From contig CANREE010000002.1 of assembly GCA_947629545.1 (NCBI GenBank), forward strand, positions 5,084 through 69,083: a stretch of 64,000 nt of DNA. The letters run 5' to 3'. A model generated the notes under the pieces. That model did no database searches and had not been told where the DNA came from. It saw only the letters and a list, made by a program, of their open reading frames with translations. The position numbers and the translations under genes were made by a program. The DNA is from an uncultured Lachnospiraceae bacterium. Lineage in GTDB: Bacteria > Bacillota > Clostridia > Lachnospirales > Lachnospiraceae. Below, in pieces: positions 28,389-36,547 of the stretch. Every line of letters begins with the position of its first letter. Positions within the stretch are counted from its first letter, which is position 1.

Positions 28389-29960
28389 ATGCTGGAACTG
28401 ATCAGGACCAATATTCATATGAACCGGTGGAAACGGGATGCCGCAGTGCAGATCACGCTGGATGATGACTTTATTGTACCGGATACCATGGATGATGTGG
28501 CACAGGTGGTCATGGAGGCAGGCGATATCCAGATTGAGTCGGTGAAAAATGCAGGGGAGAAGGTGACGGTGAAAGGAAAGCTGATGTTCTCTGTGCTGTA
28601 TCGGAGGGAGGAGGGAGGGCTGCAGACGCTGGCCGGACAGATTTCCTTTGAGGAACCGGTGAATGTGCCGGAACTGACGGAAAGGGATGCGCTGAGCGCT
28701 TCCTGGGAATTGGAGGATCTGAGCACTGGGCTGATCAACTCACGAAAATTGAGTGTGAAGGCGATCGTGACACTAAAGGTGAGAGTCGAAACGCTGACAG
28801 ATGCGGAGGCGGCTGTGGATGTGGTAACGGACGGGACAGGCGCCGTGCCGGAAGTGAAGAAGTATCAGACAGATGTAGCTGCGATCGCTGTGCGCCGAAA
28901 AGACACTTATCGCATAAAAGAGGAACTGTCCCTGACTGGCAGCAAGCCGGGTATCGACCATATTCTGTGGAGTGAGATCAAGCTTCGCGGTGAGAGTGCA
29001 AAGCCCTTGGACGGACGGGTTCATGTGGAAGGCAGTCTTGTGGTGTTTGTAATTTATGAAGGGGAAGGCGATAACACATTGACGCAGTGGCTGGAGGAAA
29101 CAGTGCCGTTTGCGGGCGATGTGGAACTGGCGGAGTCGGTGGAGGACATGGTGCCATCTATTTCTATCCGGCTGATCCACAGAGCACTGGAGGCTAAGCC
29201 GGATTATGACGGGGAAATGCGGCAGCTGGAGCTGGACGCAGTGCTGGAACTGGATATGAAGCTTTATGAGGAGAAGGCTCTGGAACTGGTAAGCGATCTG
29301 TACGCCACGGACCGGGAGGTAACGTTGCAGGCCGGGGAGGCGGGATTCGACAGACTTTTGACCAGAAATATCGGTAAATGCAGGGTTGCGGAGAAGATCG
29401 ATATCGGAAACGGCGGCCGTGTGCTGCAGATCTGTCATTACGATGCCGCTGTACGGATTGATGAAGTGCAGGTAAAGGATGGCGTAGTGACGGTGAACGG
29501 TATTCTGGACGTTTTTCTGTTATATATGACGCCGGACGATCTGGAGCCGGTAAAATCCGTGACGGAGCCGGTACCCTTTGAGTACGCGGCGGAAGCGGAA
29601 GGCGCCGGAGAAGACAGCGTGTGTCAGCTGAATGCGGGTCTGGAACAACTGACCGCCGTTATGACGGGAAGCGGCAGCGTGGAGATAAAAGCGGTGCTGA
29701 GTCTGGATCTGCTGGTGCTTCAGCCGGTGCGCGAGACCGTGATTGAGAGTGTAACCGAGGCGCCGCTTGATCTGGAAAAGCTTCAGGCGATGCCGGGTAT
29801 TGTGGGTTATATTGTCCAGCCGGGTGACACTCTGTGGGAGATCGCGAAGCGTTTCCGTACGACCAGCGCAGAGGTGAGAAAAATGAGTGGTCTGGATAAG
29901 GAAGAAGTACAGGCAGGAGATCGGTTGATTCTGGTGAAGGAAGTGGCGGAGCCGGTTTAA
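28389..29960 (+). CDS. SPOCS (DUF3794) x3 + LysM spore-coat morphogenetic protein, SipL-like
   Basis: LDDDFIVPDTMDDV, repeated beta-sandwich segments, C-terminal LysM YIVQPGDTLWEIAKRF; sigma-E-type promoter upstream. Confidence 0.88.
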   Translation: MLELIRTNIHMNRWKRDAAVQITLDDDFIVPDTMDDVAQVVMEAGDIQIESVKNAGEKVTVKGKLMFSVLYRREEGGLQTLAGQISFEEPVNVPELTERDALSASWELEDLSTGLINSRKLSVKAIVTLKVRVETLTDAEAAVDVVTDGTGAVPEVKKYQTDVAAIAVRRKDTYRIKEELSLTGSKPGIDHILWSEIKLRGESAKPLDGRVHVEGSLVVFVIYEGEGDNTLTQWLEETVPFAGDVELAESVEDMVPSISIRLIHRALEAKPDYDGEMRQLELDAVLELDMKLYEEKALELVSDLYATDREVTLQAGEAGFDRLLTRNIGKCRVAEKIDIGNGGRVLQICHYDAAVRIDEVQVKDGVVTVNGILDVFLLYMTPDDLEPVKSVTEPVPFEYAAEAEGAGEDSVCQLNAGLEQLTAVMTGSGSVEIKAVLSLDLLVLQPVRETVIESVTEAPLDLEKLQAMPGIVGYIVQPGDTLWEIAKRFRTTSAEVRKMSGLDKEEVQAGDRLILVKEVAEPV

Positions 29961-30324
29961 GCGCTTTTGCGTCCAGATTTCAAAAAATGGATAAAGCTGG
30001 ATGCACAAAATGCACTTTGTAGGATATAATAAACTGTAAGGGTTCAATGAATATCGGTTCGCCGGCCGATGTGCGTCTTTCCGGTCAGTGTCATAACGGC
30101 TGGCCGGAAGGCGAAGGGAAATGTCTGGATCGCGACCGCATCCAGCTGGTGCTTCAGATAGATCAGGGAAACCTGGGCGGCGTCGCGCCCTGCTAACGCG
30201 GCGGCGTCTACATAGAACCGGCATGCGGAAATACTGCGGCGGTTATATTGCGCCGGCGAGAGGAAAGGTGGGGCTGGCGGCGGGCCGGCGTCATCAGGAA
30301 AAAGCAGGATCAGAGGGACAGAGG

Positions 30325-30639
30325 ATGAACTATACCTATATCGTAAAATGCGCCGACGGGACGTTGTACTGCGGCTGGACAAACCGTCTGGCGGAACGCG
30401 TCGCCGCTCATAATGCCGGCAAGGGGGCCAAGTATACCAGAAGCCGCAGGCCGGTGGAGCTGGTCTATTATGAGATGTTTGAAACGAAGGAGGAGGCTAT
30501 GCGCCGGGAAGTGCAGATCAAGCGGCTGGGACGGGCGGCGAAGATGGAACTGATCATAGGGCAAGGCTGTATGGAAGGTAAAATGTCTGTACGTATGGAC
30601 GCGGAAGAGACGCAGGACAGGCGGAAAAGACAGCAATAA
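30325..30639 (+). CDS. GIY-YIG nuclease family protein (UPF0213/YazA-like)
   Basis: YTYIVKCADGTLYCGWTN..HNAGKGAKYTRSRRPVELVYYE..AMRREVQIK; GAGG RBS. Confidence 0.9.
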   Translation: MNYTYIVKCADGTLYCGWTNRLAERVAAHNAGKGAKYTRSRRPVELVYYEMFETKEEAMRREVQIKRLGRAAKMELIIGQGCMEGKMSVRMDAEETQDRRKRQQ

Positions 30640-30649
30640 AAAATCGATA

Positions 30650-30693
30650 GACCACCCCCGCTGCGGATTGAGCTTTTCGCAGCAGGGGTGGTC
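30650..30693. terminator. Long GC hairpin between convergent genes
   Basis: GACCACCCCCGCTGCGGA...TTCGCAGCAGGGGTGGTC. Confidence 0.55.
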
Positions 30694-30761
30694 CGCTCAT
30701 ATAAGGAACAAGATATCAGGTAATGTCATTTTCGACGATCGTGCCGCCGGGATGCCACGCG

Positions 30762-32510
30762 TCATTCCACATCCTGCAGCGCCGCGAAGTCTTCTTCGCC
30801 GGTGCGGATCTTGACGACCTTTTCCACGCCGTAGACGAAAATCTTGCCGTCGCCGATGTGGCCGGTGTAGAGGGCCTTCTTGGCAGCCTCGATGACGGAG
30901 TCTACCGGGATCTTGCTGACGACGACTTCCAGCTTGACCTTCGGAAGCAGGGTGACGTCCATCTCAACGCCGCGGTACATTTCCCCGGCGCCCTTCTGGA
31001 CGCCGCAGCCCATGACCTGAGTCACGGTCATGCCGGTGACGCCTAAGTTATTCATGGCAGTCTTGATCTGCTCGTAGCTGGACAGCTTGGTGATGATGAC
31101 GATCTTGTGCATCGTGTAGGAATCCACATCCGGCATCTTCACGACCTTGACGGCCGCGGCCTTTTCGGCCGGTGACGCCGCGGAGTAGTCAGATACGCCC
31201 AGATCCGTGTTCTCATTGACATCCATGGTCATCGTGTTGGAGATATCAATGATGGAGAAGCCGGAGTAAGCGGACGGCAGGCCGTGCTCGGTGCTGTCCA
31301 GACCCGTGATCTCTTCCTCGCGGGAGACGCGCAGGCCCACCAGTTTCTTAATGACCAGAAATGCCAGTGTCATCGTGACGACGGTCCAGGCAGCCACGGT
31401 AGCAAAGCCCAGAAGCTGCAGTCCCAGCTGATGGAAGCCGCCGCCGTAGAACAGACCGACGATGGAGTCGTTGCCGGGGGCAGAAGTGGTGGCGAACAGG
31501 CCGACCGCGATGGTGCCCCAGATGCCGTTCATGCAGTGGACGGCTACGGCGCCCACCGGATCGTCGACGCGGAGCTTATTGTCCAGGAACCACACGCCGA
31601 AGACCACCAGAAGTCCGGCCACCGCGCCGATTACGGTGGCACCCAGAGCGTCGGTCACGTCACAGGGGGCGGTGATGGCGACCAGTCCGGCCAGAGAGGC
31701 ATTTAAGCACATGGACACGTCGGGCTTGCCGTATTTGATCCAGGTGAAGGCCATGCAGACCACGGTCGCTACGGACGGAGCCACAGTGGTGGTCAGGAAT
31801 ACGCTTCCCAGCTGCTCGACGCTGGTGCAGGCCGCGCCGTTGAAGCCGTACCAGCCCAGCCACAGGATGAAGACGCCCAGGCAGCCGATCGGCAGGTTGT
31901 GGCCCGGGAAGGCGTTGACTTTCGTGATCTTGCCGGCCTTGTCGCGGACGAATTTGCCGATGCGGGGGCCTAAAAGCCAGGCGCCGATCAGGGCCGTGAT
32001 GCCGCCGACCATGTGGATCGCGCAGGAGCCGGCGAAATCATGGAAGCCCAGCTGTGAAAGCCACCCGCCGCCCCAGATCCAGTGGGCCTCGATCGGGTAG
32101 ATGACCACCGAGATCACCGCTGAATAGATGCAGTAGCTTAAGAACTTGGTCCGCTCCGCCATGGCGCCGGATACGATGGTCGCCGTGGTGGCGCAGAACA
32201 CCAGATTGAATACGAAATTGGACCAGTCGAAATTGGCGTAGTCCGTGAAGATCGCGAAGCTCGGCTTGCCGATGAAGCCGCCGATGTCCTCGCCCAGCAG
32301 CAGGCTGAAACCGATGGGCACGAAGACCATGCAGCCGATACAGAAGTCCATCAGGTTCTTCATCAGGATGTTGCCCGCGTTCTTGGCCCGGGTGAAACCG
32401 GTCTCTACCATGGCGAAGCCGGCCTGCATCCAGAAGACCAGGGCTGCGCCGATCAGGAACCAAACGGCGAATACTTCGCTGTTTACTGCACTGAAGATTT
32501 CTTCTGTCAT
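30762..32510 (-). CDS. amtB: Ammonium transporter fused to a C-terminal P-II (GlnK/GlnB) domain
   Basis: MQAGFAMVETGFTRAKN, SGAMAER, HDFAGSCAIH, GWYGFN, DDPVGAVAVH; C-terminal GCGVQKG..YRG..LPKVKLE..TGHIGDGKIFV..IRTGE. Confidence 0.95.
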   Translation of the reverse strand: MTEEIFSAVNSEVFAVWFLIGAALVFWMQAGFAMVETGFTRAKNAGNILMKNLMDFCIGCMVFVPIGFSLLLGEDIGGFIGKPSFAIFTDYANFDWSNFVFNLVFCATTATIVSGAMAERTKFLSYCIYSAVISVVIYPIEAHWIWGGGWLSQLGFHDFAGSCAIHMVGGITALIGAWLLGPRIGKFVRDKAGKITKVNAFPGHNLPIGCLGVFILWLGWYGFNGAACTSVEQLGSVFLTTTVAPSVATVVCMAFTWIKYGKPDVSMCLNASLAGLVAITAPCDVTDALGATVIGAVAGLLVVFGVWFLDNKLRVDDPVGAVAVHCMNGIWGTIAVGLFATTSAPGNDSIVGLFYGGGFHQLGLQLLGFATVAAWTVVTMTLAFLVIKKLVGLRVSREEEITGLDSTEHGLPSAYSGFSIIDISNTMTMDVNENTDLGVSDYSAASPAEKAAAVKVVKMPDVDSYTMHKIVIITKLSSYEQIKTAMNNLGVTGMTVTQVMGCGVQKGAGEMYRGVEMDVTLLPKVKLEVVVSKIPVDSVIEAAKKALYTGHIGDGKIFVYGVEKVVKIRTGEEDFAALQDVE

Positions 32511-32585
32511 AACTTTTTTCTCCTCTCATCCTTTTTCGGGATCACAGTGCGTGCGCCGGTTGTCCGTGGTTTCCGTCCGGGATTC

Positions 32586-32768
32586 AAAAGGGCGAAGGAG
32601 CTTTCCTCCTCTTGAAAGCGCCTTCGCCCAATGCTGTGATTCCGAATATTATCGATGAACGTTCCGTATAGGGCCGTATCCGACCGGCAGCCGGGGTACC
32701 TCCGATTGCCCGCGGATCGGGATTCGGTAACAAAAAAGGGACTATGTTGTTTTCATAGCCCCTTTGCT
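32586..32768 (-). promoter_or_regulatory. amtB 5' leader with two intrinsic terminators, each overlapped by an ANTAR-like hexaloop hairpin
   Basis: Minus strand: AGC-AAAGGG-GCT overlaps AAAGGGGCTATG..CATAGTCCCTTT-TTT (32732-32768); GGGC-GAAGGC-GCTT overlaps GGGCGAAGG..CCTTCGCCC-TTTT (32586-32629). Confidence 0.65.
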
Positions 32769-32781
32769 CATCACGCACATC

Positions 32782-32810
32782 ATAATAGCACCGCGGTAAA
32801 GCATTGTCAA
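32782..32810 (-). promoter_or_regulatory. SigA promoter of amtB
   Basis: TTGACA-17 bp-TATTAT with extended TGn. Confidence 0.8.
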
Positions 32811-32888
32811 CAAATAATTTGGTCAATAATTTTTGGCCGCTTTCGAAAAATTCTGTGAAAAATTACGGAAAGCGCTTGCGTTTTTTAA

Positions 32889-32944
32889 AATACAGTATAT
32901 AATATACAGTATGTAGAATACAGTATACAATAGACAGCATACAA
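32889..32944 (+). repeat. Eight tandem heptamers (consensus WATACAR) over the ispE promoter; probable GntR operator array
   Basis: aatacag tatataa tatacag tatgtag aatacag tatacaa tagacag catacaa; includes TATAAT at 32898-32903 and runs up to the RBS. Confidence 0.75.
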
Positions 32945-32961
32945 AAGGAGAACGATACTCC

Positions 32962-33849
32962 ATGGTAAGATACCTGAGCCTGAAGGCCTACGGTAAAGTT
33001 AATCTGGCTCTGGACGTCCTGCGCAGACGCGAGGACGGCTATCACGAGGTCCGTATGGTGATGCAGACGGTGGGGCTTTATGACAAGATCGACTTATACC
33101 GCACAGAGAAGCCGGGCATTGTGGTCGAGACGAACCTTTACTACCTGCCTGTGAATGAGAACAATCTGGTCTACAAGGCGGCCGCCCTGTTGATGGAGGA
33201 ATTCGGTATAAAGCAGGGCGTACATATCCGTCTGAAGAAATTTATTCCGGTGGCGGCAGGAATGGCCGGCGGCAGCAGCGATGCGGCAGCAGTACTTTTT
33301 GGCGTAAATAAGATGTTTGGGCTGGGACTTTCTGCACAGCAGCTGCAGCAGCGGGGGACCAGAATCGGTGCTGATGTGCCATACTGCGTGATGCGGGGGA
33401 CGGTTCTCTGTGAAGGGATCGGTGAGATTCTGACACCGTTGCCTCCGATGCCCCAGTGCCGGACTCTGATTGCCAAACCTGCGGTTAGTGTTTCCACCAG
33501 AAGCGTTTACGAGAAGCTGCGGGCGGATATGCTGACGCCGGAACAGCATCCGGATATCGATGGCATGGTGGAGGCCATCCGGCAGCAGGATTTTCTGGCC
33601 GCTGCGGCGAAGATGGGAAATGTGCTTGAAAGTGTGACGGTGCCGGAGCATCCGGAGATTGCCGCGATTAAGGAGCTGATGATGGAGTCGGGTGCAGTAA
33701 ACGCCATGATGAGCGGCAGTGGGCCTACGGTTTTCGGGTTGTTTGACAGTCCGCGGGCAGCTGCTGCGGCTTATGAAAAGATGCGTTACGGTGAAGGCAG
33801 CCGGCTGACCAGACAGGTATACCTGACGAATCTGTTCAATCGGAAATAA
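32962..33849 (+). CDS. ispE: 4-diphosphocytidyl-2C-methyl-D-erythritol kinase
   Basis: KVNLALDV..DGYHE, NLVYKAA, PVAAGMAGGSSDAA, GADVPYC, MMSGSGPTVF. Confidence 0.96.
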   Translation: MVRYLSLKAYGKVNLALDVLRRREDGYHEVRMVMQTVGLYDKIDLYRTEKPGIVVETNLYYLPVNENNLVYKAAALLMEEFGIKQGVHIRLKKFIPVAAGMAGGSSDAAAVLFGVNKMFGLGLSAQQLQQRGTRIGADVPYCVMRGTVLCEGIGEILTPLPPMPQCRTLIAKPAVSVSTRSVYEKLRADMLTPEQHPDIDGMVEAIRQQDFLAAAAKMGNVLESVTVPEHPEIAAIKELMMESGAVNAMMSGSGPTVFGLFDSPRAAAAAYEKMRYGEGSRLTRQVYLTNLFNRK

Positions 33850-33861
33850 CAAAAGAAAAGG

Positions 33862-34548
33862 ATGAATGAGGATATGGAATACAATCTGAACGTGAAAATG
33901 AACGAGTACCTTCCCCTGCGGGACGTGGTCTTCAACACGCTGCGGCAGGCGATCCTGCGTGGAGAACTGGCTCCCGGCGAGAGACTGATGGAAATTCAGC
34001 TGGCGGAACGGCTGGGTGTCAGCCGTACTCCGATCCGTGAGGCGATCCGCAAGCTGGAGCTGGAAGGTCTGGTTCTGATGGTTCCGCGTAAGGGCGCCGA
34101 GGTGGCCCGGATCTCTGAGAAGAGTCTGCGGGATGTGCTGGAGGTTCGGCGTTCGCTGGAAGAACTGGCTACGGAGCTGGCTTGCCAGCGGATGAGCGAT
34201 GAACAGGTAGGGGAACTGGAGAAGGCCCGGGATGCGTTCGCGGCGGCAGTGGCGTCCGGGGATATCATGGAGATGGCGGAGTGTGATGAGAAGTTCCACG
34301 ACGTGATCTTTGACGGTACCGGCAATGCCCGTCTGGTTCAGATACTCAACAATCTCCGTGAGCAGATGTACCGCTATCGTCTGGAGTATATAAAGGATGA
34401 GGACAAACGTCAGATCCTCCTGCTGGAGCATGAGAATATCGTGAAGGCGATCCGGGCCCGCCATGTAGCGGAAGCCCGGGAGGCCATGCGGGAACATATC
34501 GATAATCAGGAGATTACGGTATCCCGGAATATTAAGGAGCGGGAGTGA
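33862..34548 (+). CDS. GntR-family (FCD) transcriptional regulator
   Basis: PGERLMEIQLAERLGVSRTPIREAIRKLE wHTH; FH..EH..H FCD metal ligands. Confidence 0.93.
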   Translation: MNEDMEYNLNVKMNEYLPLRDVVFNTLRQAILRGELAPGERLMEIQLAERLGVSRTPIREAIRKLELEGLVLMVPRKGAEVARISEKSLRDVLEVRRSLEELATELACQRMSDEQVGELEKARDAFAAAVASGDIMEMAECDEKFHDVIFDGTGNARLVQILNNLREQMYRYRLEYIKDEDKRQILLLEHENIVKAIRARHVAEAREAMREHIDNQEITVSRNIKERE

Positions 34549-34645
34549 GATGATACCGCCGCTTCCGCAGGAATACGGATGCGTTGCGGGCTGGTTACAG
34601 GTATATTTCAGAAATAAAATTTATATAAAAAATCCATAGACTGCA

Positions 34646-34691
34646 TTGACAGGGTGACAAGGTGTCATTATAATGAATGACATCTTGTCAC
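34646..34691 (+). promoter_or_regulatory. Consensus SigA promoter with twin TetR-type palindromic operators
   Basis: TTGACA-17-TATAAT (34646-34674); TGACAAGGTGTCA and TGACATCTTGTCA flank the -10 box. Confidence 0.85.
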
Positions 34692-34789
34692 TTTTATGTA
34701 TGCAAATTGCTTTGCCTGAGAAATCACAAAGCGTTGCAGGACGGTGCGGATGATTTGCAGATATTATTTCGGAAAGGAGGCTGCCTATC

Positions 34790-35398
34790 ATGCCAAGCGA
34801 ACGTTTCATGCGGCTTTCCGAGGAGAAACGGAACGTCATCTGGGAGGCGGCCATAGCGGAGTTCATTGCCGAACCGTACGAGAAGGTTTCCATCAATAAG
34901 ATCATCCGGCAGGCCGGTATTTCCAGAGGCAGCTTTTATACCTATTTTACAGATAAAAGAGATCTGCTGGCGTTTATCCTCTGGGGAACCAGGCAGCAGT
35001 GGAACCAGTTCTGTATGGAGAGCATTGAGAAAGCCGGCGGGGATTATTTCGGGCTGATGATCATGCTGATGGACCGGGCCATGGAGTTTTGCAGGAATAA
35101 CAACGTGTTTGCCCTGCATAAGAATCTGATCATGTACCCGGAACCGGTCATGGATTTTCTTCCCAAGCCGCTGGATTACGAGAAGGAAATCAAATGTATT
35201 CTATTGGATAAGGTTGACCGGTCGCTTTTTGAGGATCCGTCGGATGAGAATGTCGTGATGGTCTTTAAGATGACGGCGCTGGTCATGGTCAGCGCCCTGT
35301 CGGAATTCTGTATGCATCCGGAGCAGGAAGAGAAGCTGCGGGAGAATTACCGGAAGGCCCTGCAGGTGATCCGGCGGGGGGTGTACCGCGCGCAGTAG
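34790..35398 (+). CDS. TetR/AcrR-family regulator
   Basis: MPSERFMRLSEEKR..SINKIIRQAGISRGSFYTYFTDKRDL HTH. Confidence 0.92.
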   Translation: MPSERFMRLSEEKRNVIWEAAIAEFIAEPYEKVSINKIIRQAGISRGSFYTYFTDKRDLLAFILWGTRQQWNQFCMESIEKAGGDYFGLMIMLMDRAMEFCRNNNVFALHKNLIMYPEPVMDFLPKPLDYEKEIKCILLDKVDRSLFEDPSDENVVMVFKMTALVMVSALSEFCMHPEQEEKLRENYRKALQVIRRGVYRAQ

Positions 35399-35479
35399 AG
35401 ATTGCTGCGAACGTACCATATGAAGTGCATATACAACATGTAAAACGATAGAAATCAATAATATGGAGGAAAACAGGTT

Positions 35480-36547
35480 ATGAGCAAAGGAGCAGTCATC
35501 GGAGCAGTCGCCGTCGTCGCCGCGGCTGCCGCGTTTGGATTTTTTGTGGTGCCCCGTATGTCGGAGCCGGAAGCGGTGGCCGAGACGGTGGCGCCGCCTA
35601 CCGTCCAGGTGATGAACCCGCAGAAGAAGGACGTGGAAGTGTTCCGCAGCCTGATCGGCACCGTGGCGCCGTCGGATCTGGTCAATGTGATTCCGATGGC
35701 CGCCGGGGAGATCACCGCGGTCTATGTGAATGTGGGAGACTATGTGGAGGAAGGCCAGCTGCTCTGCGAGATCGATACAAAGCAGGTGGATTCCGCCAGG
35801 CTCCAGCTGGAGGCAGCCGAGATCCAGTTAAATGACGCCAAGACCAATCTGGACCGGATGAGCGTGCTCTACGCCTCCGGCGATATCGCCGCCCAGTCCT
35901 ATGAACAGGTAGAAAGCGCGGTGAAAGCGGCTCAGGTTCAGTACGACAGCGCCAAGCTGGCTTACGATTACCAGATCGATTTCAGCCATGTGACGGCTGC
36001 GATCTCCGGCCGGATCGAATCCAGCACGATGGAAGTCCACGGCATGGCGACCCAGTCCTCGCCCCTGTGCGTGATCTCCGGCGGCGGAAGCAAGACGATC
36101 ACATTTTCCGTGACCGAGGCCATGCTGGATCATGTGAAGCCGGGTGAGCCCGTTCGGGTGGAAAAGAGCGGAAGCGAGTACATCGGAACGATCACCGAGG
36201 TCAGTTCCATGGTCAGCTCCTATACCGGCCTTTTCGACGCCAAGGCCACGCTTGAGAATGCGGACGCCCTTATCAGCGGTTCCACGGTCCGGCTCTATCT
36301 GACCGCCGACAAGGCGGTGAATGTGCTGACGCTGCCGGTGGACGTGGTCTACTACCGCAACGGCGCCCCCTATGTCTATACCTATGACAACGGCATTGTT
36401 CACGAGGTGTCCATCGAGACGGGGCTGAGCGACGATGAGAATATCGAGATCGTGTCCGGTCTGACCGCATCCGATCAGGTCATCACCACCTGGAGCCCGG
36501 AACTGTATGAAGACGCGCCGGCGCTTCTGGAGGAGGGAGTTCAATGA
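35480..36547 (+). CDS. RND efflux membrane-fusion (adaptor) protein
   Basis: N-terminal TM; lipoyl halves VNVGDYVEEGQLLCEID / VTAAISGRI; alpha-hairpin; IETGLSDDENIEIVSGL. Confidence 0.92.
   Translation: MSKGAVIGAVAVVAAAAAFGFFVVPRMSEPEAVAETVAPPTVQVMNPQKKDVEVFRSLIGTVAPSDLVNVIPMAAGEITAVYVNVGDYVEEGQLLCEIDTKQVDSARLQLEAAEIQLNDAKTNLDRMSVLYASGDIAAQSYEQVESAVKAAQVQYDSAKLAYDYQIDFSHVTAAISGRIESSTMEVHGMATQSSPLCVISGGGSKTITFSVTEAMLDHVKPGEPVRVEKSGSEYIGTITEVSSMVSSYTGLFDAKATLENADALISGSTVRLYLTADKAVNVLTLPVDVVYYRNGAPYVYTYDNGIVHEVSIETGLSDDENIEIVSGLTASDQVITTWSPELYEDAPALLEEGVQ

Noticed and set aside
30121-30324. N-terminal extension of the GIY-YIG ORF, and similar extensions at 7789, 13204, 25605, 28242, 54134 and 60913
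   Set aside because: The extensions overlap promoters or upstream genes or lack an RBS; downstream starts have SD sequences and match the family N-termini
32615-32665. Glutamine (glnA) riboswitch-like fragments CGTTCA..CGGAA..CGAAGG on the minus strand
   Set aside because: The closing P1 strand (GAACG) and the GUA E-loop are missing; a terminator plus ANTAR-like hairpin explains the sequence better
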